The notes under the pieces were generated by a model. It was not told the origin of the DNA, did no database searches, and saw nothing but the letters and a program-made list of their open reading frames with translations. This document shows, one piece after another, positions 42,501-54,300 of a DNA stretch of 64,000 nt (position 1 is its first letter; each line of letters begins with the position of its first letter). Source of the DNA: Eledone cirrhosa (taxonomy: Eukaryota); contig OZ024752.1 in NCBI GenBank assembly GCA_964016885.1, positions 22,134,001 through 22,198,000 on the forward strand, read 5' to 3'. A program made the position numbers and the translations under genes.

Positions 42501-45232
42501 AAGGCAGAGGGTGGTGATGAACTACCAAAAACACTGGACAGAAGGTAGAGAGTGGTGGTGAACTACCAAAAACAGTGGACAGAAGGTAGAGTGTGGTGGT
42601 AAACTACCAAAAACTGGACAGAAGGTAGAGGGTGGTGGTGAACTACCAAAAACAGTGTACAGAAGGCAGAGGGTGGTGGTGAACTACCAAAAACAGTGGA
42701 CAGAAGGCAGAGGGTGGTGGTCAACTACCAAAAACAGTGGACAGAAGACAGAGGGTGGTGGTGAACTACCAAAAACAGTGGACAGAAGGCAGAGGGTGTT
42801 GGTGAACTACCAAAAACAGTGGACAGAAGGTAGAGGGTGGTGGTGAACTACCAAAAACAGTGGACAGAAGGCAGAGGGTGGTGGTGAACTACCAAAAACA
42901 GTGGACAGAAGACAGAGGGTGGTGGTGAACTACCAAAAACAGTGAACAGAAGGTAGAGGGTGGTGGTGAACTACCAAAAACTGGACAGAAGGCAGAGGGT
43001 GATGGTGAACTACCAAAAACAGTGGACAGAAGACAGAGGGTGGTGGTGAACTACCAAAAACAGTGGACAGAAGGCAGAGGGTGGTGGTGAACTACCAAAA
43101 ACAGTGGACAGAAGACAGAGGGTGGTGGTGAACTACCAAAAACAGTGAACAGAAGGTAGAGGGTGGTGGTGAACTAACAAAAACAGTGGACAGAAGGTAG
43201 AGTGTGGTGGTGAACTACCAAAAACACTGGACAGAAGGTAGAGGGTGGTGGTGAACTACCAAAAACAGTGGACAGAAGGCAGAGTGTGGTGGTGAAATAC
43301 CAATAACAGTGGACAGAAGACAGAGGGTGGTGGTGAACTACCAAAAACAGTGGACAGAAGGTAGAGGGTGGTGGTGAACTACCAAAACCAGTGGACAGAA
43401 GGTAGAGGGTGGTGGTGAACTACCAAAAACTGGACAGAAGGTAGAGGGTGGTGGTGAACTACCAAAAACAGTGGACAGAAGGCAGAGTGTGGTGGTGAAG
43501 TACCAAAAACAGTGGACAGAAGGTAGAGGGTGGTGGTGAACTACCAAAAACAGTGGACAGAAGACAGAGGGTGGTGGTGAAGTACCAAAAACAGTGGACA
43601 GAAGGTAGAGGGTGGTGGTGAAGTACCAAAAACTGGACAGAAGGTAGAGGGTGGTGGTGAACTACCAAAAACAGTGGACAGAAGGTAGAGGGTGGTGGTG
43701 AACTACCAAAAACAGTGGACAGAAGGTAGAGGGTGGTGGTGAACTACCAAAAACAGTGGACAGAAGGTAGAGGGTGGTGGTGAACTACCAAAAACTGGAC
43801 AGAAGGCAGAGTGTGGTGGTGAAGTACCAAAAACAGTGGACAGAAGGTAGAGGGTGGTGGTGAACTACCAAAAACAGTGGACAGAAGGCAGAGGGTGGTG
43901 GTGAACTACCAAAAACAGTGGACAGAAGACAGAGGGTGGTGGTGAACTACCAAAAACAGTGGACAGAAGACAGAGGGTGGTGGTGAACTACCAAAAACAG
44001 TGGACAGAAGGTACAGTGTGGTGGTGAACTACCAAAAACAGTGGACAGAAGGTAGAGTGTGGTGGTGATCTACCAAAAACAGTGGACAGAAGGCAGAGGG
44101 TGGTGGTGAACTACCAAAAACAGTGGACAGAAGGCAATGGGTGGTGGTGAACTACCAAAAACAGTGGACAGAAGGTACAGTGTGGTGGTGAACTAACAAA
44201 AACAGTGGACAGAAGGTAGAGTGTGGTGGTGAACTACCAAAAACACTGGACAGAAGGTAGAGGGTGGTGGTGAACTACCAAAAACAGTGGACAGAAGGCA
44301 GAGTGTGGTGGTGAAGTACCAATAACAGTGGACAGAAGACAGAGGGTGGTGGTGAACTACCAAAAACAGTGGACAGAAGACAGAGGGTGGTGGTGAACTA
44401 ACAAAAACAGTGGACAGAAGACAGAGGGTGGTGGTGAACTACCAAAAACAGTGGACAGAAGACAGAGGGTGGTGGTGAACTACCAAAAACAGTGGACAGA
44501 AGGTACAGTGTGGTGGTGAACTACCAAAAACAGTGGACAGAAGGTAGAGTGTGGTGGTGAACTACCAAAAACAGTGGACAGAAGGCAGAGGGTGGTGGTG
44601 AACTACCAAAAACAGTGGACAGAAGGCAATGGGTGGTGGTGAACTACCAAAAACAGTGGACAGAAGGTACAGTGTGGTGGTGAACTACCAAAAACAGTGG
44701 ACAGAAGGTAGAGTGTAGTGGTGATCTACCAAAAACAGTGGACAGAAGGTAGAGTGTGGTGGTGAACTACCAAAAACAGTGGACAGAAGGTAGAGTGTGG
44801 TGGTGATCTACCAAAAACAGTGGACAGAAGGTAGAGTGTGGTGGTGAACTACCAAAAACAGTGGACAGAAGGTAGAGTGTGGTGGTGAACTACCAAAAAC
44901 AGTGAACAGAAGGTAGAGTGTGGTGGTGAACTACCAAAAACAGTGGACAGAAGGTAGAGTGTGGTGGTGAACTACCAAAAACAGTGGACAGAAGGTAGAG
45001 GGTGGTGGTGAACTACCAAAAACAGTGGACAGAAGGCAGAGGGTGGTGGTGAACTACCAAAAACAGTGGACAGAAGGCAGAGGGTGGTGATGAACTACCA
45101 AAAACACTGGACAGAAGGTAGAGAGTGGTGGTGAACTACCAAAAACAGTGAACAGAAGGTAGAGTGTGGTGGTGAACTACCAAAAACAGTGGACAGAAGG
45201 TAGAGGGTGGTGGTGAACTACCAAAAACAGTG
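20509..45232 (+). repeat. Tandem duplication with a 12,387-bp period (303 monomers): ~20509-32845 and ~32896-45232
   Basis: ORF markers keep a constant 12,387 offset (20731/33118, 22121/34508, 24001/36388, 26588/38975, 30268/42655). Private variants GATATACC (23465/35852) and AAATAGCAAT (27231/39618) sit at the same offset. 303x41 - 18x2 = 12,387, and I counted 18 short monomers in one period. Confidence 0.92.
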
Positions 45233-48200
45233 AACAGAAGGTAGAGTGTGGTGGTGAAGTACCAAAAACAGTGGACAGAAGGTAGAAGGTGGTGGTGAAC
45301 TACCAAAAACAGTGGACAGAAGGCAGAGGGTGGTGGTGAACTACCAAAAACAGTGGACAGAAGGTAGAGTGTGGTGGTGAACTACCAAAAACAGTGGACA
45401 GAAGGTAGAGTGTGGTGGTGAACTACCAAAAACAGTGAACAGAAGGTAGAGTGTGGTGGTGAACTACCAAAAACAGTGGACAGAAGGTAGAGGGTGGTGG
45501 TGAACTACCAAAAACAGTGGACAGAAGGCAGAGGGTGGTGGTGAACTACCAAAAACAGTGGACAGAAGGCAGAGGGTGGTGATGAACTACCAAAAACACT
45601 GGACAGAAGGTAGAGAGTGGTGGTGAACTACCAAAAACAGTGGACAGAAGGTAGAGTGTGGTGGTAAACTACCAAAAACTGGACAGAAGGTAGAGGGTGG
45701 TGGTGAACTACCAAAAACAGTGTACAGAAGGCAGAGGGTGGTGGTGAACTACCAAAAACAGTGGACAGAAGGCAGAGGGTGGTGGTCAACTACCAAAAAC
45801 AGTGGACAGAAGACAGAGGGTGGTGGTGAACTACCAAAAACAGTGGACAGAAGGCAGAGGGTGTTGGTGAACTACCAAAAACAGTGGACAGAAAGTAGAG
45901 GGTGGTGGTGAACTACCAAAAACAGTGTACAGAAGGCAGAGGGTGGTGGTGAACTACCAAAAACAGTGTACAGAAGGCAGAGGGTGGTGGTGAACTACCA
46001 AAAACTGTGGACAGAAGGCAGAGGGTGGTGGTGAACTACCAAAAACTGTGGACAGAAGGTAAAGTGTGGTGGTGAACTACCAAAAACAGTGGACAGAAGG
46101 CAGAGGGTGATGGTGAACTACCAAAAACAGTGGACAGAAGGCAGAGTGTGGTGGTGAAGTACCAATAACAGTGGACAGAAGACAGAGGGTGGTGGTGAAC
46201 TACCAAAACCAGTGGACAGAAGGTAGAGGGTGGTGGTTAACTACCAAAAGCTGGACAGAAGGTAGAGGGTGGTGGTGAACTACCAAAAACAGTGTACAGA
46301 AGGCAGAGTGTGGTGGTGAAGTACCAAAAACAGTGGACAGAAGGTAGAGGGTGGTGGTGAACTACCAAAAACAGTGGACAGAAGGCAGAGGGTGGTGGTG
46401 AACTACCAAAAACAGTGGACAGAAGACAGAGGGTGGTGGTGAACTACCAAAAACAGTGAACAGAAGGTAGAGGGTGGTGGTGAACTACCAAAAACTGGAC
46501 AGAAGGCAGAGGGTGATGGTGAACTACCAAAAACAGTGGACAGAAGACAGAGGGTGGTGGTGAACTACCAAAAACAGTGGACAGAAGGCAGAGTGTGGTG
46601 GTGAAATACCAATAACAGTGGACAGAAGACAGAGGGTGGTGGTGAACTACCAAAAACAGTGGACAGAAGGTAGAGGGTGGTGGTGAACTACCAAAACCAG
46701 TGGACAGAAGGTAGAGGGTGGTGGTGAACTACCAAAAACTGGACAGAAGGTAGAGGGTGGTGGTGAACTACCAAAAACAGTGGACAGAAGGCAGAGTGTG
46801 GTGGTGAAGTACCAAAAACAGTGGACAGAAGGTAGAGGGTGGTGGTGAACTACCAAAAACAGTGGACAGAAGACAGAGGGTGGTGGTGAAGTACCAAAAA
46901 CAGTGGACAGAAGGTAGAGGGTGGTGGTGAAGTACCAAAAACTGGACAGAAGGTAGAGGGTGGTGGTGAACTACCAAAAACAGTGGACAGAAGGTAGAGG
47001 GTGGTGGTGAACTACCAAAAACAGTGGACAGAAGGTAGAGGGTGGTGGTGAACTACCAAAAACAGTGGACAGAAGGTAGAGGGTGGTGGTGAACTACCAA
47101 AAACAGTGGACAGAAGGTAGAGGGTGGTGGTGAACTACCAAAAACTGGACAGAAGGCAGAGTGTGGTGGTGAAGTACCAAAAACAGTGGACAGAAGGTAG
47201 AGGGTGGTGGTGAACTACCAAAAACAGTGGACAGAAGGCAGAGGGTGGTGGTGAACTACCAAAAACAGTGGACAGAAGGCAATGGGTGGTGGTGAACTAC
47301 CAAAAACAGTGGACAGAAGGTACAGTGTGGTGGTGAACTAACAAAAACAGTGGACAGAAGGTAGAGTGTGGTGGTGAACTACCAAAAACACTGGACAGAA
47401 GGTAGAGGGTGGTGGTGAACTACCAAAAACAGTGGACAGAAGGCAGAGTGTGGTGGTGAAGTACCAATAACAGTGGACAGAAGACAGAGGGTGGTGGTGA
47501 ACTACCAAAAACAGTGGACAGAAGACAGAGGGTGGTGGTGAACTAACAAAAACAGTGGACAGAAGGTAGAGGGTGGTGGTGAAGTACCAATAACAGTGGA
47601 CAGAAGACAGAGGGTGGTGGTGAACTAACAAAAACAGTGGACAGAAGGTAGAGGGTGGTGGTGAAGTACCAATAACAGTGGACAGAAGACAGAGGGTGGT
47701 GGTGAACTAACAAAAACAGTGGACAGAAGGTAGAGGGTGGTGGTGAACTACCAAAAACTGGACAGAAGGCAGAGTGTGGTGGTGAACTACCAAAACCAGT
47801 GGACAGAAGGTAGAGGGTGGTGGTTAACTACCAAAAACTGGACAGAAGGTAGAGGGTGGTGGTGAACTACCAAAAACAGTGTACAGAAGGCAGAGTGTGG
47901 TGGTGAAGTACCAAAAACAGTGGACAGAAGGTAGAGGGTGGTGGTGAACTACCAAAAACAGTGGACAGAAGGCAGAGGGTGGTGGTGAACTACCAAAAAC
48001 AGTGGACAGAAGGTAGAGTGTGGTGGTGAACTACCAAAAACACTGAACAGAAGGTAGAGGGTGGTGGTGAACTACCAAAAACAGTGGACAGAAGGCAGAG
48101 GGTGATGGTGAACTACCAAAAACAGTGGACAGAAGGTAGAGGGTGGTGGTGAACTACCAAAAACAGTGGACAGAAGGTAGAGTGTGGTGGTGAACTAACA

Positions 48201-51200
48201 AAAACAGTCGACAGAAGGTAGAGTGTGGTGGTGAACTACCAAAAACACTGGACAGAAGGTAGATGGTGGTGGTGAACTACCAAAAACAGTGGACAGAAGG
48301 CAGAGGGTGATGGTGAACTACCAAAAACAGTGGACAGAAGGCAGAGGGTGATGGTGAACTACCAAAAACAGTGGACAGAAGGTAGAGGGTGGTGGTGAAC
48401 TACCAAAAACAGTGGACAGAAGGCAGAGGGTGATGGTGAACTACCAAAAACAGTGGACAGAAGGCAGAGGGTGATGGTGAACTACCAAAAACAGTGGACA
48501 GAAGGTAGAGGGTGGTGGTGAACTACCAAAAACAGTGGACAGAAGGCAGAGGGTGATGGTGAACTACCAAAAACAGTGGACAGAAGGCAGAGGGTGATGG
48601 TGAACTACCAAAAACAGTGGACAGAAGGCAGAGGGTGATGGTGAACTACCAAAAACAGTGGACAGAAGGCAGAGGGTGATGGTGAACTACCAAAAACAGT
48701 GGACAGAAGGTAGAGGGTGGTGGTGAACTACCAAAAACAGTGGACAGAAGGCAGAGGGTGATGGTGAACTACCAAAAACAGTGGACAGAAGGCAGAGGGT
48801 GATGGTGAACTACCAAAAACAGTGGACAGAAGGTAGAGGGTGGTGGTGAACTACTAAAAACAGTGGACAGAAGGCAGAGTGTGGTGGTGAAATACCAATA
48901 ACAGTGGACAGAAGACAGAGGGTGGTGGTGAACTACCAAAACCAGTGGACAGAAGGTAGAGGGTGGTGGTGAACTACCAAAAACTGGACAGAAGGTAGAG
49001 GGTGGTGGTGAACTACCAAAAACAGTGGACAGAAGGCAGAGTGTGGTGGTGAAGTACCAAAAACAGTGGACAGAAGGTAGAGGGTGGTGGTGAACTACCA
49101 AAAACAGTGGACAGAAGACAGAGGGTGGTGGTGAAGTACCAAAAACAGTGGACAGAAGGTAGAGGGTGGTGGTGAACTACCAAAAACAGTGGACAGAAGG
49201 TAGAGGGTGGTGGTGAACTACCAAAAACTGGACAGAAGGCAGAGTGTGGTGGTGAAGTACCAAAAACAGTGGACAGAAGGTAGAGGGTGGTGGTGAACTA
49301 CCAAAAAAAGTGGACAGAAGACAGAGGGTGGTGGTGAACTACCAAAAACAGTGGACAGAAGGCAGAGGGTGGTGGTGAACTACCAAAAACAGTGGACAGA
49401 AGGTAGAGGGTGGTGGTGAACTACCAAAAACAGTGGACAGAAGGTAGAGGGTGGTGGTGAACTACCAAAAACTGGACAGAAGGTAGAGGGTGGTGGTGAA
49501 CTACCAAAAACAGTGGACAGAAGGCAGAGTGTGGTGGTGAACTACCAAAAACAGTGGACAGAAGGTAGAGGGTGGTGGTGAACTACCAAAAAAAGTGGAC
49601 AGAAGACAGAGGGTGGTGGTGAACTACCAAAAACAGTGGACAGAAGGCAGAGGGTGGTGGTGAACTACCAAAAACAGTGGACAGAAGGCAGAGGGTGGTG
49701 GTGAACTACCAAAAACAGTGGACAGAAGGCAATGGGTGGTGGTGAACTACCAAAAACAGTGGACAGAAGGTAGAGGGTGGTGGTGAACTACCAAAAACAG
49801 TGGACAGAAGGTAGAGGGTGGTGGTGAACTACCAAAAACAGTGGACAGAAGGTAGAGGGTGGTGGTGAACTACCAAAAACAGTGGACAGAAGGCAGAGTG
49901 TGGTGGTGAAGTACCAAAAACAGTGGACAGAAGGTAGAGGGTGGTGGTGAACTACCAAAAACAGTGGACAGAAGGTAGAGGGTGGTGGTGAACTACCAAA
50001 AACAGTGGACAGAAGGCAGAGGGTGGTGGTGAACTACCAAAAACAGTGGACAGAAGACAGAGGGTGGTGGTGAACTACCAAAAACAGTGGACAGAAGGTA
50101 GAGTGTGGTGGTGATCTACCAAAAACAGTGGACAGAAGGCAGAGGGTGGTGGTGAACTACCAAAAACAGTGGACAGAAGACAGAGAGTGGTGGTGAACTA
50201 CCAAAAACAGTGGACAGAAGGTAGAGTGTGGTGGTGAACTACCAAAAACAGTGGACAGAAGGCAGAGGGTGGTGGTGAACTACCAAAAACAGTGGACAGA
50301 AGGCAATGGGTGGTGGTGAACTACCAAAAACAGTGGACAGAAGGTACAGTGTGGTGGTGAACTACCAAAAACAGTGGACAGAAGGTAGAGTGTGGTGGTG
50401 AACTACCAAAAACAGTGGACAGAAGGTAGAGTGTGGTGGTGATCTACCAAAAACAGTGGACAGAAGGTAGAGTGTGGTGGTGAACTACCAAAAACAGTGG
50501 ACAGAAGGTAGAGTGTGGTGGTGAACTACCAAAAACAGTGAACAGAAGGTAGAGTGTGGTGGTGAACTACCAAAAACAGTGGACAGAAGGTAGAGTGTGG
50601 TGGTGAACTACCAAAAACAGTGGACAGAAGGTAGAGGGTGGTGGTGAACTACCAAAAACAGTGGACAGAAGGCAGAGGGTGGTGGTGAACTACCAAAAAC
50701 AGTGGACAGAAGGCAGAGGGTGGTGATGAACTACCAAAAACACTGGACAGAAGGTAGAGAGTGGTGGTGAACTACCAAAAACAGTGAACAGAAGGTAGAG
50801 TGTGGTGGTGAACTACCAAAAACAGTGGACAGAAGGTAGAGGGTGGTGGTGAACTACCAAAAACAGTGAACAGAAGGTAGAGTGTGGTGGTGAAGTACCA
50901 AAAACAGTGGACAGAAGGTAGAAGGTGGTGGTGAACTACCAAAAACAGTGGACAGAAGGTAGAGGGTGGTGGTGAACTACCAAAAACAGTGGACAGAAGG
51001 TAGAGTGTGGTGGTGAACTACCAAAAACAGTGGACAGAAGGTAGAGTGTGGTGGTGAACTACCAAAAACAGTGAACAGAAGGTAGAGTGTGGTGGTGAAC
51101 TACCAAAAACAGTGGACAGAAGGTAGAGGGTGGTGGTGAACTACCAAAAACAGTGGACAGAAGGCAGAGGGTGGTGGTGAACTACCAAAAACAGTGGACA

Positions 51201-51319
51201 GAAGGCAGAGGGTGGTGATGAACTACCAAAAACACTGGACAGAAGGTAGAGAGTGGTGGTGAACTACCAAAAACAGTGGACAGAAGGTAGAGTGTGGTGG
51301 TAAACTACCAAAAACTGGA

Positions 51320-54300
51320 CAGAAGGTAGAGGGTGGTGGTGAACTACCAAAAACAGTGTACAGAAGGCAGAGGGTGGTGGTGAACTACCAAAAACAGTGG
51401 ACAGAAGGCAGAGGGTGGTGGTCAACTACCAAAAACAGTGGACAGAAGACAGAGGGTGGTGGTGAACTACCAAAAACAGTGGACAGAAGGCAGAGGGTGT
51501 TGGTGAACTACCAAAAACAGTGGACAGAAAGTAGAGGGTGGTGGTGAACTACCAAAAACAGTGTACAGAAGGCAGAGGGTGGTGGTGAACTACCAAAAAC
51601 AGTGTACAGAAGGCAGAGGGTGGTGGTGAACTACCAAAAACTGTGGACAGAAGGCAGAGGGTGGTGGTGAACTACCAAAAACTGTGGACAGAAGGTAAAG
51701 TGTGGTGGTGAACTACCAAAAACAGTGGACAGAAGGCAGAGGGTGATGGTGAACTACCAAAAACTGGACAGAAGGCAGAGTGTGGTGGTGAAGTACCAAT
51801 AACAGTGGACAGAAGACAGAGGGTGGTGGTGAACTACCAAAACCAGTGGACAGAAGGTAGAGGGTGGTGGTTAACTACCAAAAGCTGGACAGAAGGTAGA
51901 GGGTGGTGGTGAACTACCAAAAACAGTGTACAGAAGGCAGAGTGTGGTGGTGAAGTACCAAAAACAGTGGACAGAAGGTAGAGGGTGGTGGTGAACTACC
52001 AAAAACAGTGGACAGAAGGCAGAGGGTGGTGGTGAACTACCAAAAACAGTGGACAGAAGACAGAGGGTGGTGGTGAACTACCAAAAACAGTGAACAGAAG
52101 GTAGAGGGTGGTGGTGAACTACCAAAAACTGGACAGAAGGCAGAGGGTGATGGTGAACTACCAAAAACAGTGGACAGAAGACAGAGGGTGGTGGTGAACT
52201 ACCAAAAACAGTGGACAGAAGGCAGAGGGTGGTGGTGAACTACCAAAAACAGTGGACAGAAGACAGAGGGTGGTGGTGAACTACCAAAAACAGTGAACAG
52301 AAGGTAGAGGGTGGTGGTGAACTACCAAAAACAGTGGACAGAAGGTAGAGTGTGGTGGTGAACTACCAAAAACACTGGACAGAAGGTAGAGGGTGGTGGT
52401 GAACTACCAAAAACAGTGGACAGAAGGCAGAGTGTGGTGGTGAAATACCAATAACAGTGGACAGAAGACAGAGGGTGGTGGTGAACTACCAAAAACAGTG
52501 GACAGAAGGTAGAGGGTGGTGGTGAACTACCAAAACCAGTGGACAGAAGGTAGAGGGTGGTGGTGAACTACCAAAAACTGGACAGAAGGTAGAGGGTGGT
52601 GGTGAACTACCAAAAACAGTGGACAGAAGGCAGAGTGTGGTGGTGAAGTACCAAAACAGTGGACAGAAGGTAGAGGGTGGTGGTGAACTACCAAAAACAG
52701 TGTACAGAAGACAGAGAGTGGTGGTGAAGTACCAAAAACAGTGGACAGAAGGTAGAGGGTGGTGGTGAAGTACCAAAAACTGGACAGAAGGTAGAGGGTG
52801 GTGGTGAACTACCAAAAACAGTGGACAGAAGGTAGAGGGTGGTGGTGAACTACCAAAAACAGTGGACAGAAGGTAGAGGGTGGTGGTGAACTACCAAAAA
52901 CAGTGGACAGAAGGTAGAGGGTGGTGGTGAACTACCAAAAACTGGACAGAAGGCAGAGTGTGGTGGTGAAGTACCAAAAACAGTGGACAGAAGGTAGAGG
53001 GTGGTGGTGAACTACCAAAAACAGTGGACAGAAGGCAGAGGGTGGTGGTGAACTACCAAAAACAGTGGACAGAAGACAGAGGGTGGTGGTGAACTACCAA
53101 AAACAGTGGACAGAAGACAGAGGGTGGTGGTGAACTACCAAAAACAGTGGACAGAAGGTACAGTGTGGTGGTGAACTACCAAAAACAGTGGACAGAAGGT
53201 AGAGTGTGGTGGTGATCTACCAAAAACAGTGGACAGAAGGCAGAGGGTGGTGGTGAACTACCAAAAACAGTGGACAGAAGGCAATGGGTGGTGGTGAACT
53301 ACCAAAAACAGTGGACAGAAGGTACAGTGTGGTGGTGAACTAACAAAAACAGTGGACAGAAGGTAGAGTGTGGTGGTGAACTACCAAAAACACTGGACAG
53401 AAGGTAGAGGGTGGTGGTGAACTACCAAAAACAGTGGACAGAAGGCAGAGTGTGGTGGTGAAGTACCAATAACAGTGGACAGAAGACAGAGGGTGGTGGT
53501 GAACTACCAAAAACAGTGGACAGAAGACAGAGGGTGGTGGTGAACTAACAAAAACAGTGGACAGAAGGTAGAGGGTGGTGGTGAAGTACCAATAACAGTG
53601 GACAGAAGACAGAGGGTGGTGGTGAACTAACAAAAACAGTGGACAGAAGGTAGAGGGTGGTGGTGAAGTACCAATAACAGTGGACAGAAGACAGAGTGTG
53701 GTGGTGAACTACCAAAACCAGTGGACAGAAGGTAGAGGGTGGTGGTTAACTACCAAAAACTGGACAGAAGGTAGAGGGTGGTGGTGAACTACCAAAAACA
53801 GTGTACAGAAGGCAGAGTGTGGTGGTGAAGTACCAAAAACAGTGGACAGAAGGTAGAGGGTGGTGGTGAACTACCAAAAACAGTGGACAGAAGGCAGAGG
53901 GTGGTGGTGAACTACCAAAAACAGTGGACAGAAGGTAGAGTGTGGTGGTGAACTACCAAAAACACTGAACAGAAGGTAGAGGGTGGTGGTGAACTACCAA
54001 AAACAGTGGACAGAAGGCAGAGGGTGATGGTGAACTACCAAAAACAGTGGACAGAAGGTAGAGGGTGGTGGTGAACTACCAAAAACAGTGGACAGAAGGT
54101 AGAGTGTGGTGGTGAACTAACAAAAACAGTCGACAGAAGGTAGAGTGTGGTGGTGAACTACCAAAAACACTGGACAGAAGGTAGATGGTGGTGGTGAACT
54201 ACCAAAAACAGTGGACAGAAGGCAGAGGGTGATGGTGAACTACCAAAAACAGTGGACAGAAGGCAGAGGGTGATGGTGAACTACCAAAAACAGTGGACAG

